From positions 736,001 to 800,000 of the forward strand of contig CAVVTZ010000007.1 of NCBI GenBank assembly GCA_963751275.1: a DNA stretch of 64,000 nt, written 5' to 3'. A program made the translations under genes and the position numbers. Positions 1 through 10,286 of this stretch are shown one piece after another. The DNA is from an uncultured Gemmatimonadaceae bacterium (lineage in GTDB: Bacteria; Gemmatimonadota; Gemmatimonadetes; Gemmatimonadales; Gemmatimonadaceae). The notes below the pieces were generated by a model. The model did not search any database. It was not told where the DNA came from and saw only the letters and a program-made list of their open reading frames with translations. Within the stretch, counting starts at the first letter, position 1. Each line of letters opens with the position of its first letter.

Positions 1-634
1 GCGATTCATCATCGCCGCCGCGCGGCGGCCGCGTCCGCTGTTCATCGGGTACGCGGTGCTCATGTCCGCCCCGTTCGTCGCCGCGCTCGTCATGATGCAC
101 GGCAAGTTCGCGTCGTTCATCTCCGTTCCCGCGATCGCCGGCACCGCCGCGCTCTGCATCGGCGCCTGGGCGGGCGCGTGGCTCGCCGGCCGCGCGGGAC
201 GGCCCGCGCTCATGGCGGCCGCGCTCGGATGGGCCGGCCTGTACGCCGGCCTGATCTTCGCATTGCCGGGGCTGTCGCACGATCTCTCCGTGGATGATCT
301 GGCGCGCCGCGCCGTCGCGGTACCCGGCGCGCGGGTGGTGGCGTATCGCACGTATCCGCAGGGGCTGGCATGGACGCTCAAGGACCAGATCGTCGTCGCG
401 GATTTCACCGGCGAGCTCGCGTCCGACGGCGCGCGCCCACCCGAGATCTTCTGGAGTGCGGACGATTTCTGGCGCCGCTGGAACGAGGGAGAACCAATGG
501 CGGTGGTGCTGAAGAAGCGCGCCCTCGCGGACTGGACCAAGCAGGGCCTGCCGGCGCCGACGACGGTCGCGGCTAACCAGACGTATCTTGTAGTGACCAA
601 CGTGCCCGCCGATTCCCTCCGCCTGCTGCCATGA
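1..634 (+). CDS. arnT: ArnT-like (GT-C fold) lipid A L-Ara4N transferase, C-terminal part (5' end outside window)
   Basis: Frame is open from the window edge. Hydrophobic helices are followed by a soluble domain (GEL..G, FWRRW). It overlaps arnB by ATGA. Assignment rests mainly on arn context. Confidence 0.6.
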   Translation, partial: RFIIAAARRPRPLFIGYAVLMSAPFVAALVMMHGKFASFISVPAIAGTAALCIGAWAGAWLAGRAGRPALMAAALGWAGLYAGLIFALPGLSHDLSVDDLARRAVAVPGARVVAYRTYPQGLAWTLKDQIVVADFTGELASDGARPPEIFWSADDFWRRWNEGEPMAVVLKKRALADWTKQGLPAPTTVAANQTYLVVTNVPADSLRLLP

Positions 635-1820
635 GTACCGACAAGTCGCTGATCCGCGACACCTTCCTCCCCTTCTCGCGGCCATCGATCGGCGAAGCGG
701 AGATCGCCGAGCTGGTCGAGTCGCTCCAGTCGGGGTGGATCACGACCGGCCCGAAGGTGGAGAAGTTCTCCGCGATGTTCGCGCGAGTACGTCGGCGGCA
801 AGCACGCCGCCGCGCTCTCATCGGCCACCGCCGGACTGCATCTCGCGCTGCTCGCGCACGGCGTCGGCCCCGGCGACGAGGTGATCACTACGCCGCTGAC
901 CTTCGCGGCCACGGTGAACATGATCGCGTTGGTCGGTGCGACCCCGGTCCTGGCCGACATCGACCGGCGCACGCTGCAGGTGCGCGTCGCCGAGATCGAG
1001 AAGAAGATCACGAAGCGCACCAAGGCCATCATTGTCGTGCACTACGTGGGCGACGCCGCCGATCTCGAACCCGATCATGGAGCTCGCGCGACGGCACAAG
1101 CTCGTGGTGATCGAGGACGCCGCGCACGCCGCCGGCACTGAGTACAAGGGGAAGAAGATCGGTTCCTTCGATACCACGTCGATCTTCTCCTTCCATCCGA
1201 ACAAGAACATCACGACCGGCGAAGGCGGGATGATCATCACGCCCAGCGAGGAGATCTTCGAGAAGGTCTGCCTCCTGCCGCTTCCACGGCATGGACCGCA
1301 ACGCGTGGAAGCGTTTCGCGAAGGCGGGTTCGCCGCGCTACGACATCGCGATGCCCGGCTACAAGTACAACATGATGGACATCCAGGCGGCGCTCGGGAT
1401 CCACCAGCTCCCGCGCCTCGACAGTTTCATCGAGGCGCGGCACGCGTCTTGCGGAGCGCTACAACGCAGGCGTTCGCCGGACTCGATGCGCTCATCCTGC
1501 CGACCCCGACGCCGTACGCCACACGCCATGCTTGGCACCTCTACACGCCGCTCGTGAACCTCGACGCCCTCACGATCGACCGCGACCGGTTCATGCAGGA
1601 ACTCAAGGAGCGCAACATCGGCGTCGGCCTCCACTACACCGCGGTGCACGAGTTCTCCTATTACCGCGACCACTTCGGCTGGAAGCCCACGGATTTCCCC
1701 GAGGCGCACTTCGTGTCCGAGCGCATCATGTCGCTCCCGCTCTTCCCGATGCTCACCGACGACGATCAGGACGACGCGATCGCCGCCGTGCGCGATGTCG
1801 CCGCGAGGTTCGCCAAGTGA
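631..1820 (+). CDS. arnB: UDP-4-amino-4-deoxy-L-arabinose aminotransferase (DegT/DnrJ family), split by several apparent frameshifts
   Basis: Fragments in three frames carry [29 protein letters not shown], the PLP lysine motif [26 protein letters not shown] and SLPLFP. Confidence 0.85.
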
Positions 1821-2776
1821 GCGTGCCGTCGAAGGGGATGGTCTCGGTGGTCATCCCCGTGTTCAACGAGGAGGCCACGCTCCCCACGCTCTTCGCGCGC
1901 CTCTATCCCGCGCTCGATGCGCTCCGCCGCCCCTACGAGATCATCCTCGTGGATGACGGAAGCCGCGACACGTCGATCGACCTCCTCCGCGCCGAGTCGG
2001 CGAAGTTCCCCGATCGCGTCGTGATCGTGGAACTCTCGCGCAACTTCGGCCAGCATCCCGCCATCCTCGCCGGATTCTCCATCGCGCGCGGCGACGCGAT
2101 CGTCACGCTCGACGCCGATCTCCAGAACCCGCCCGAGGAGATCGCCAAGCTGCTCGCCAAGATGGACGAAGGCTTCGATGTCGTCGGCGGCGTGCGGCAG
2201 CAGCGCCAGGACACGCTCTTCCGCCGCGCCGCGTCGTCGATGGTGAACCGCGTAACGGTCGCGATCACCGGCATCAAGATGACGGATTACGGCTGCATGC
2301 TGCGCGCCTACTCGCGCGAGGTGATCGAACTCATCAACCGCAGCGAAGAGCACTCCACCTTCATCCCCGCGCTCGCGCAGAGCATCGCGCGCCATCCCGC
2401 CGAGGTGCCGGTCGCGCACGCCGAACGCTCGGCGGGCGAATCGAAGTACTCGCTGTATCGTTTGATCCGCTTGAACTTCGATCTGATGACCGGCTTCTCG
2501 GTCGTGCCGCTGCAGCTCTTCACCCTATTCGGCTTCATCACCGCGAGCGGCGGCGTCCTCTTCGGCGTCTATCTGCTGGTCCGGCGATTCATCCTCCTGC
2601 GCGCGTCGGAGGCCGACGGCGTGTTCACGCTCTTCGCGCTCGCCTTCGTCTTGATGGGCGTGCTGATGGCCGGCGTCGGCATCGTCGGCGAATACGTGGG
2701 CCGGATCTACCAGGAAGTGCGCGGGCGGCCGCGCTATCTCATTCGTCACGTGTACGGCGGGCGGCAGGACACATGA
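1817..2776 (+). CDS. arnC: Undecaprenyl-phosphate L-Ara4FN transferase (GT2)
   Basis: GTG start overlaps the arnB stop. Motifs SVVIPVFNEE, DDGSRD, RNFGQH, DADLQNPPEEI, then two C-terminal TM helices. Confidence 0.85.
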   Translation: MSVPSKGMVSVVIPVFNEEATLPTLFARLYPALDALRRPYEIILVDDGSRDTSIDLLRAESAKFPDRVVIVELSRNFGQHPAILAGFSIARGDAIVTLDADLQNPPEEIAKLLAKMDEGFDVVGGVRQQRQDTLFRRAASSMVNRVTVAITGIKMTDYGCMLRAYSREVIELINRSEEHSTFIPALAQSIARHPAEVPVAHAERSAGESKYSLYRLIRLNFDLMTGFSVVPLQLFTLFGFITASGGVLFGVYLLVRRFILLRASEADGVFTLFALAFVLMGVLMAGVGIVGEYVGRIYQEVRGRPRYLIRHVYGGRQDT

Positions 2777-3722
2777 CGTCGAAACCGCGCATCGTCGTCT
2801 TCGCCTACTCGGATGTCGGCTTCGCCTGCCTCTCGCTGCTCCTCGAGCGCGGCGCGAACGTCGTGGCCGTGTATTCGCACAAGGATGCACCCGGCGAGAC
2901 GCTCTGGTTCCCCTCCGTCGCCGATCTCGCGCGCAAGAAGGGCATCCCGCTGCATCTGAATGCGGATTTCAAGTCCGAGAACGACATCGAGGTCTTCGAG
3001 GCGCTCAAACCCGACCTGCTGCTCTCGTTCTACTATCGCGATCTCATTCCGGCCGCGGCATTCGAGCAGGCGAAGCTCGGCGCGTACAACATGCACGGTT
3101 CGCTGCTGCCGAAGTATCGCGGCCGCGCGCCGGTGAATTGGGCCGTCGCGCTCGGCGAGAAGGAGACCGGCGCCACGCTGCACGTGATGACCGCGCTGGC
3201 CGACGCCGGTGACATCGTGGACCAGGAACCCGTGCCGATCGGCCCCGACGATCTCGCCGCCGAGGTGCAGGCGCACGTGCGCGACGCCGCGGTGAAAGTA
3301 TTGGCGCGGCAGCTCGACGCGATCTACGCCGGCACGGCGCCACGGAAGCCGCAGGACAAGTCCGCCGCGACGAAGTTCGGCCGGCGACGCCCGGAAGATG
3401 GCGAGATCGACTGGACGCGCCCGGCGGCCGATATTCACAATCTCGTGCGCGCGGTCTCGCATCCGTATCCCGGCGCCTACACCGCCGTCGGCGGAGCGAC
3501 GCTCAAGATCTGGCGCACGCAGCGCGTGGATGGCGCGCCCGCCGTGCCGCGCCCCGAGCCGGGTACCTTTCGCATCGATGGTGAGCATGTCTTCGCCGCC
3601 GGCTCCGACGGCCGGTGGATCGAGATCGTGACCGCGCAGGTGAACGACGAACCCGAACTCCAGGGCGCCGCGCTCGCGCAGCGCCTCGCAGTGCTAACGG
3701 CTAACCACAGGGTAGGTGCGGT
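2773..3722 (+). CDS. arnA: UDP-L-Ara4N formyltransferase (ArnA N-terminal domain); 3' end uncertain because the ORF reads on to 3822
   Basis: Motifs [42 protein letters not shown] and HPYPGA. Confidence 0.85.
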
Positions 3723-4759
3723 ATGCGGGTCCTCATCCTCGGCGTCAACGGATTCATCGGCAACGCGCTCACCGCGCGCATCCTCAAGACGACCGACTGG
3801 GAGGTCTACGGGCTCGACATGAGCTCGGACAAGATCGAGCCCTTCCTGGGCGACAAGCGCGTTCCACTTCCTCGAGGGCGACATCGCGATCAACAAGGAG
3901 TGGATCGAGTACCACATCAAGAAGTGCGATGTGGTGCTGCCGCTCGTCGCGATCGCGACGCCGGCGACGTACGTGTCGAACCCGCTCGCGGTGTTCGAGC
4001 TCGACTTCGAGGAGAATCTGCGCATCGTCAAGCAGTGCGCGCGCTACGGGAAGCGCGTCGTCTTCCCGACCACGAGCGAGGTGTACGGCATGTGCCCCGA
4101 CGCCGAGTTCGACGAGGAGACGTCGCACGCTCGTGTACGGGCCGATCAACAAGCAGCGCTGGATCTACTCCACGAGCAAGCAGCTGCTCGACCGCGTGAT
4201 CTACGCGCTCGGCATGCAGCAGGGCCTCAAGTTCACGCTGTTCCGTCCCTTCAACTGGATCGGACCGCACCTCGACAACGTCGACTCGCCGAAGGAAGGC
4301 AGCTCGCGCGTGCTCACGCAGTTCCTGCACAACATCCTGTACGGCGAGCCGATCAAGCTCGTGGACGGCGGCGCGCAGCGGCGCTCGTTCACGTACATCG
4401 ACGACGGCATCGACGCGCTGATGAAGATCCTCGAGAACAAGGACGGCTGCGCCGACGGCGGGATCTTCAACATCGGCAATCCGGCGAACGATCTGTCGAT
4501 CAGGGAGCTCGCCGAGCGGCTGGTGAAGGCGGTGGGCAAGTATCCGGCGTTCGCGGACGCGGCGAAGAAGGCGAAGATCATCACCGTCACGAACCAGAAG
4601 TACTACGGCAAGGGCTACCAGGACATCATGACGCGCGTGCCGTCGATCAAGCGGGCGAAGGAGAAGCTCGGCTGGTCGCCGAAGGTGGATTTCGATGAGG
4701 CGATCCGGCGCACGCTCGACTTCTACCTGAAGGGACGCGAGCGTCCCCCGGCGCCGTGA
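3723..4759 (+). CDS. arnA: UDP-glucuronic acid oxidase/decarboxylase (ArnA C-terminal domain), two apparent frameshifts (~3860, ~4125)
   Basis: Motifs [46 protein letters not shown] and FRPFNWIGP. Confidence 0.9.
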
Positions 4760-5674
4760 CGGCGGGAGCGCGCCGCGTCGCGCTCAAGGTGGACTGCGAT
4801 ACGTATCTCGGGACGCGCGATGGATTGCCGAATCTCCTGAGATTGTTCGACCGCTTCAAGATCCGCGCGAGTTTCTATTTCACCCTGGGCCCCGACCGGT
4901 CGGGGCGCGCGATCGCGCGCGTGTTCACGCGGAAGGGATTCCTGAAGAAGATGCTGCGGTCCAAGGCCGCGGCGATGTACCCCAAGCGCACGATGATGTA
5001 CGGCACGCTGCTGCCGGCGCCGATGATCGGGCAGAAGCTCGCGAGCGTGATCCGTTCCGTGGGCGACGCGGGGCACGAGGTGGGCGTGCACGGCTGGGAC
5101 CACATCAAGTGGCATGACCGTGTGGTGCGCATGCCGGAGGAGGAGATCGCCGTAGAGTACGGCGCCGCGCACCGGGAATTCGAGAGGATCTTCGGCCGGC
5201 GCGCGCGCGCATCGGCGGCGTCCGGGCTGGCAGGCGTCGCCGGGCACGCTCGCGGTGCAGGACCGTTTCGGGATCGTGTACGCGTCGAACACGCGGCTCG
5301 GCACGCCCTTCTTTCCCGAGTGGCACGGCCGGCAGTTCCTGGCGCTTGAGATCCCGACCACGTTGCCGACGTGGGACGAGACCTACAACGCGCCGGAATT
5401 CGCGAACGACGACGCGTTCATTTCGTATTACACGAAGGCGGTGCAGGGCACCGAGGTCCATTCGATCCACACTGAGGTCGAGGCGACGGCTCTATTGCCG
5501 TTGTTCGAGCGCCAGCTCGACGCATGGAAGGCCGATGGCGTGGGCTTCGTGACGATGGAGGAGATCGCGCGCGAGACGCTCGCGCATCGTGAGAACGTCC
5601 CGGTCCGCCACCTCACTCGAATCTCCCTCCCCGGCCGCGCCGGCGAAGTGAGTGGGAGCAGCGCCACATTGTAG
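4756..5674 (+). CDS. arnD: Undecaprenyl-phosphate L-Ara4FN deformylase (polysaccharide deacetylase fold), frameshift ~5225
   Basis: Motifs ALKVDCDT, GPDRSGR, YGTLLPAP, HEVGVHGWDH, IPTTLPTWDE and HTEVE, in arn context. Confidence 0.8.
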
Positions 5675-5710
5675 TCGGGGTACCATACGCTAGACCCCAG
5701 ACGCGCCCCT

Positions 5711-6133
5711 TCAGTTGTTGGAAGAGCTGCACCGAGCCATGATCGTGTGTGCCGCCGCCATGACGCCATCCAATGCGGGGATCTCCTGCGTTTCCGCTCC
5801 AATGCGCGTCCAGTGCAACGAGAAGCTGCTCGCCGTCACGTGCAGCGATGACGCGCCCTCGTTGCTCTCCGAATTCGCGCCGCTCGCCGTGATCTTGTCC
5901 AGGCGCCCGTCCTCGTAGGGCGCCAGCACGGAATCCTTGTGGGTCGCCTCGATCTGCGTGCCGTTGTTCACGGTCACCGGCTTGTAGCCGAGTGAATCCG
6001 CGGTGCTCGCGACGCACATGAGCGTCGCCCCCAGCGGCTGCGGGCTGACCCCATTCAGGTCGAGATTCATCGGCGCCCCGCACGCAGCAACGATCACCAC
6101 GCCCGCGATGGCCCAACTCCGTGGAGAGATCAC
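5711..6133 (-). CDS. Hypothetical lipoprotein
   Basis: 140-aa ORF with a signal peptide and lipobox (VAA-C) and two further Cys. A TAGCTT -10-like hexamer lies 6 nt before the GTG. Confidence 0.65.
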   Translation of the reverse strand: MISPRSWAIAGVVIVAACGAPMNLDLNGVSPQPLGATLMCVASTADSLGYKPVTVNNGTQIEATHKDSVLAPYEDGRLDKITASGANSESNEGASSLHVTASSFSLHWTRIGAETQEIPALDGVMAAAHTIMARCSSSNN

Positions 6134-6201
6134 GGGACTAAGCTAGCATCGTGTGGGCATCCGCGGCGATTGGCGATCATCGAGATCGTGCGGGGATCAC
6201 T

Positions 6202-6407
6202 ACAACGGCTTCCACGCGGATCACGCGGATTCCGCGGATCACGCGGAAGGCGCCGAGGGCATTCAAAGCGCCGAGCTCAACGTCAAGCCTCTGTATTTGT
6301 TGTTAACAACAAATGCAAAGCGCTGATGCCGCGAGCGGATCCCATTCGCCTCGGAGGACGATCCGCGTGTTCCGCGGATTCCGCGCAATCCGCGTACAAG
6401 CCGTTGT
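6202..6407. repeat. ~206-bp inverted-repeat element A: arms of 4 x 9-bp CGCGGA-NNN units and a central perfect 20-bp palindrome
   Basis: Arms 6202-6247 and 6362-6407 are near reverse complements. ATTTGTTGTTAACAACAAAT at 6295-6314 has its axis at 6304/6305, the midpoint of the arms. Confidence 0.9.
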
Positions 6408-6423
6408 CGTTCAGGATTCGGTC

Positions 6424-7264
6424 TTACTTGGGCTTCTTAGCCTGCGCGCTGCTGTGGATCTCCGGGTGCGGCGGGGCGTTGGGCTTGATCCGCACACTCT
6501 TGGCCGGGATGCCGACGTTCACGTGGAAGGGGCGCACGTCCTTCGTGGCGAGCGCCATCGCGCCGACCATGCCGTTGGTCCCGACGGTCGACGCCGGCGA
6601 GCACGGTGGCGTGGTAGGTGATGCGCACGTCGTCCTCGAGCGTCGTGACGGCGTCGGTCACGTCCTTCTGATCCACGATCGAGTGCGTATGGCTGTAGAT
6701 GTTCGCGTAGTCCGACACGCTCACGCGGTTCCCGAGCACCAGCCCGCCGCGGTCGTCGAGCAGGACGTGGCGGTGGATCACCACGTCGTCGCCCACCTCG
6801 ATGTTGTAGCCGAAGGAGAACTCCACGTTCTGGAAGGCTTTGAAATTCCGGCCGCAGCGCTTGAATATGTGCGGAGCGAGGATGCCCCGGAACCGGACCG
6901 CGACGTCCACGTTCTGCCCCGCGATCGCCGTGCGGTCGAAGCTGTACCAGAGCCACAACAGCGGCTTCACCTTCTGGAATTTCTCGTCATCGCACTCGGC
7001 GTAGTACTCGGGCTCGAGCGTGATGTGGCGCGGGTCGAGCGAGATGAGCGCGGCCCGCGTGGCCATGGGCAGCATCTTGTCCTGGACCGCGGTGTCGTAG
7101 TTGGCCGCGAACTGCGGATACACCAGGTCCACGAGCGTGCGGCGGCAGATCGCGACGCGGTCGGCGGCGGGATCGGCGAGCTGATGCTCGAGCCCGTCCA
7201 GCCAGCTGTCGAACACGTCGTGCGCGGGGCGGGGCGGGAGCGGGCGGAGGGGGCGCAGGACCAT
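6424..7264 (-). CDS. Left-handed beta-helix acyltransferase (maltose O-acetyltransferase-like), frameshift ~6590
   Basis: Hexapeptide repeats (NIEVGDDVVI, LVLGNRVSVS, TLEDDVRI). The shifted frame continues VGTNGMVGAMALATKDV..NVGIPAK to a TAA at 6424-6426. GGAG SD before the ATG. Confidence 0.8.
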
Positions 7265-7339
7265 GGCGGGGCTCCGGAGGGGTAGAGGTCGCTGGGGTCA
7301 CAAGAAGATAATCCCCCCCGTACGTTCGCCGCACTTCGT

Positions 7340-9032
7340 CAGCGGCGCCGCCGCCCACCGGACGCAGGTCTTCCCGGGCGCCGAATCGGAACGAGCCGCG
7401 AACGCGAGATCGCGATGACCCGACTGCCGAATCACCGAGGACGAAGAAGACCTTGGCGCGTTCGCGATATACGCTGTTCGTGCCGCAGACGGGCAGCGCC
7501 GCGCCCGAGACCAACCGAACGGCGACGTTCATGGTGTCCAGCGCGAGCCGCGGCTGCGAGGCACTGAGCATCCCGTCGCTCAGCATGACAAGAGCGTGTG
7601 CCGCGACGAATCGCCGCCGCACTGAATCCTGCTGACGAGTGTAGTAGAGATCGCGGCTGACCCGCGGCTCGGCGAGCACTTCACGCACGAGCGCGTCGAG
7701 TTGCCGATGGGCTCGTCGTGCGCGTGACGGGGTCGGTCAGGAACGATGCTTGGAAGAGAAAGATCCCTGGCGCAGGCAGGGTCTCGTATCGCGACGCCCA
7801 TCGCCCGATGGCAACGCTGTCCTTCGCCGTGATCGCCATTCCGAGTCCGAGCTCCGCGATCAACTCGCGCGCGTCGGAGCGAGTGCGCCCACGCTTCCTC
7901 GAATCGCGGCAGCACCGCTCGCGCGGAATCCGCACTCGGGACGTGCTCATCCCAAGCGATCATCACGAGCGAGCGCGGATCCGACGGATACGACTCGAGC
8001 AGCTGCGCACGCCACCGCGCCGCTGCTGCGGAATCCTCGATCATCGCGGCGAACCGCGCCATCGCACTCATCTCCGCGGCTGAGACCGAAGGCCGCACCG
8101 CGAGCGCCTTTTCGAGCGCGGCGAACCGGCGTTCGCGCGCGCTGAACACGCTCAGCCAATGTGGAATGCGCGACGAGCCTTCTGTGCTCACCCGCGCCGC
8201 CCAGCTCTGCGCGCTGTCCGGATAGATCGCCACGAGACTGTCGGCTGCTGCGAGCGCGCGCCCGCTCGTTCCGGGGATGCAGCACGCGACCGTTCGGCGC
8301 ATCACGCGTGCGAGCAGTCCATCGAACGATGGCCGGCCGTTCGGCGCGGCGGCGACGAGGTCGAATAGTCCGCGATGGTCGGTGTCGATCTGCGAGCCAC
8401 CGGCGTTCTCGACGATGAGCAGCGCGTAGGCCGCGGAGTCGGGGAACTGCATCGTGCCACCGAACGACCCATCGGCGTTCTTGGTGAGCGCCGCGACGAC
8501 AATGCCACGCGGCGCGAAGAAATCGGACGCATCGCTCGAGAGATAGGAGGAGTAGAATCGCGCGCGCACGTGCAGGGACCCCTCGTCGGCGAGCCGGGCA
8601 TCCGGTCGATAGTGGATCGCGACCGTCGCGCCGGGGCGGGGAAACGCGGGCGAGAACGTGAGCGCGGCTCGATCGGCGGCGGCCGCATGTCGGGCGAGCG
8701 GTTGCGCGACGATCCCCACACCGGCAATGACGAGCACCGCTGCCGACACGGCAATCGACCGGCGGCCCCGCGCTGCCGGGCTTACGGCATCTACCGGCAG
8801 GATCACCCGCTCGCCGCCGCCACGCCGCTCCGCGAATGCGCTCCCACACGCCGCCGCGCATCGTCGGCGCCGATGCATTCCGCGCCAATGCACCGAGCTC
8901 CCGGATCGCCGCCACCACGCCGCGGCACTCCACGCACGATTCCAAATGCGCCGCCACACGCTTCGCCCGCAGTCCCGTCAGTTCGCCGTCCGCATACCGC
9001 GACAGCGCGCGTTCGCTCGGATGAAAGATCAT
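7340..9032 (-). CDS. Putative anti-sigma factor: zf-HC2 zinc finger, TM helix and large extracytoplasmic domain; multiple frameshifts, 3' end approximate
   Basis: N-terminal LSRYADGEL...HLESCVECR (HxxxCxxC). A TM segment and long continuation follow in ORFs 7580..8959 and 6987..7688. Directly downstream of an ECF sigma gene. Confidence 0.65.
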
Positions 9033-9033
9033 G

Positions 9034-9573
9034 TCACCCTCCCAGGATCACGCGCAGCCGCTGCCGCGCGCGGAACAGCCGCACTTCCGAATTGCCCGCC
9101 GTGATCCCCAGCATCCCCGCGATCTCGGCGTGCGCGTACCCCTCCATCTCCTTCAGCACGAACACCTCGCGCAGTTCCGTGGCAGCCGGGCGACCGCGCT
9201 CTCGAGCGACATTCGGTCCGCACTCGCTGCGCGCGGGCGCCGGCGACATGTCCGCATCAACCAACGCCGACTGCCGGCGTCGCTGTTCCGTTCTCATCCG
9301 CATCAGCGCCGTTCGCGCCGCCACTCTCCGCAGCCACGCCGGGAACGCCGACGCATCCGACAGCCCCCGCAGCGCCTCCGGCAGCCCGATGAACACATCC
9401 TGCACCACATCCTCGGCATCATCGGCACTCGCCGTGAGAAAGAACGCCACGCAATGCACCGCCGGTGCATGCTCGCGGAACAGCTGCGCGAGCGCGTCCA
9501 TCTCCCCGCGCCGCGCCCGATCGATCACGGCACCCGCACGCTGATCCGAATTCACTTGTGTGTGTTCAGGCAT
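9034..9573 (-). CDS. ECF RNA polymerase sigma factor
   Basis: Region 2 DAEDVVQDVF..FPAWLRRVA and region 4 REVFVLKEMEGYAHAEIA..GNSEVRLFRAR. A compensated frameshift pair at ~9180-9225 hides DRMSLESAVARLP. Confidence 0.9.
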   Translation of the reverse strand: MPEHTQVNSDQRAGAVIDRARRGEMDALAQLFREHAPAVHCVAFFLTASADDAEDVVQDVFIGLPEALRGLSDASAFPAWLRRVAARTALMRMRTEQRRRQSALVDADMSPAPARSECGPNVARERGRPAATELREVFVLKEMEGYAHAEIAGMLGITAGNSEVRLFRARQRLRVILGG

Positions 9574-9629
9574 CGGCCAGCGCGCGTCCTCTCAGCGTCG
9601 CCATCCAGATGCCGCTCGCGCCGCGAACC

Positions 9630-10286
9630 TTACAGCGCGTCGCCTGGCTCCACCGGCGCCGCCGGCGTCCCCCGCCAGCTCGGCGCGCGCACCAGCTCCA
9701 TCAACGCCTCCGCGAGATCGTCGCGCCCCGCGCCCGTCACCGCGCTGAACGGGATCACCTGCTCGTCGTCCAGCCCCAGCGCGCGCGCCAGCTCCGCCGC
9801 GCGCGGCACGACGTCGGCCTTCTTGAGCTTGTCCGTCTTCGTGAGCGCCACGATGGTCGGCACGCCGATCTCCGAGAGGAAATCGAGCATCTGCCGGTCC
9901 TCCGGCGTCGGCTCGTGCCGCGCGTCGATCAGCTGCACCACGCCGCGCAGCGGATCGCTGTGCTTCAAGTATCCCTCGATCAACGGGCGCCACGTGGACC
10001 GCGCTTCCTTCGACACGCGCGCATACCCATAACCCGGCAGGTCCACGAGCACGAACTCCCCGTTCACGCGAAAGAAATTGATCTCGCGCGTCTTCCCCGG
10101 CGTCTGGCTCACGCGCGCCAGCGCCTTCCGCTTCACGAGCTTGTTCGAGAGAGAAGACTTCCCCACGTTCGACCGCCCCGCGAACGCGACCTCCGGCAGA
10201 TCGGTGCTCGGCCGCCATCCCCCCGCCTGCGCGAGCCCGCCCAGGAACTCGATCTCCCGAATGACGAGCGGATCCTTCGCGCTCAA
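9630..10286 (-). CDS. engB: Ribosome biogenesis GTPase EngB/YihA/YsxC
   Basis: Motifs GRSNVGKSS, TPGKT, DLPGYG and TKTDK; downstream of lon. Confidence 0.95.
   Translation of the reverse strand: MSAKDPLVIREIEFLGGLAQAGGWRPSTDLPEVAFAGRSNVGKSSLSNKLVKRKALARVSQTPGKTREINFFRVNGEFVLVDLPGYGYARVSKEARSTWRPLIEGYLKHSDPLRGVVQLIDARHEPTPEDRQMLDFLSEIGVPTIVALTKTDKLKKADVVPRAAELARALGLDDEQVIPFSAVTGAGRDDLAEALMELVRAPSWRGTPAAPVEPGDAL

Noticed and set aside
6295..6314. parS or other known chromosome-organisation site as the identity of the central palindrome
   Set aside because: It does not match parS (TGTTTCACGTGAAACA), matS, SlmA or Noc consensus sequences, so it is left unassigned.
6170..7285. Plus-strand 371-aa ORF with RGSRGFRGSRG, and similar repeat-derived ORFs (12724..12999, 58125..59291)
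   Set aside because: The peptide repeats come from the DNA repeat arms, and the longer ORFs are antisense shadows of real genes.
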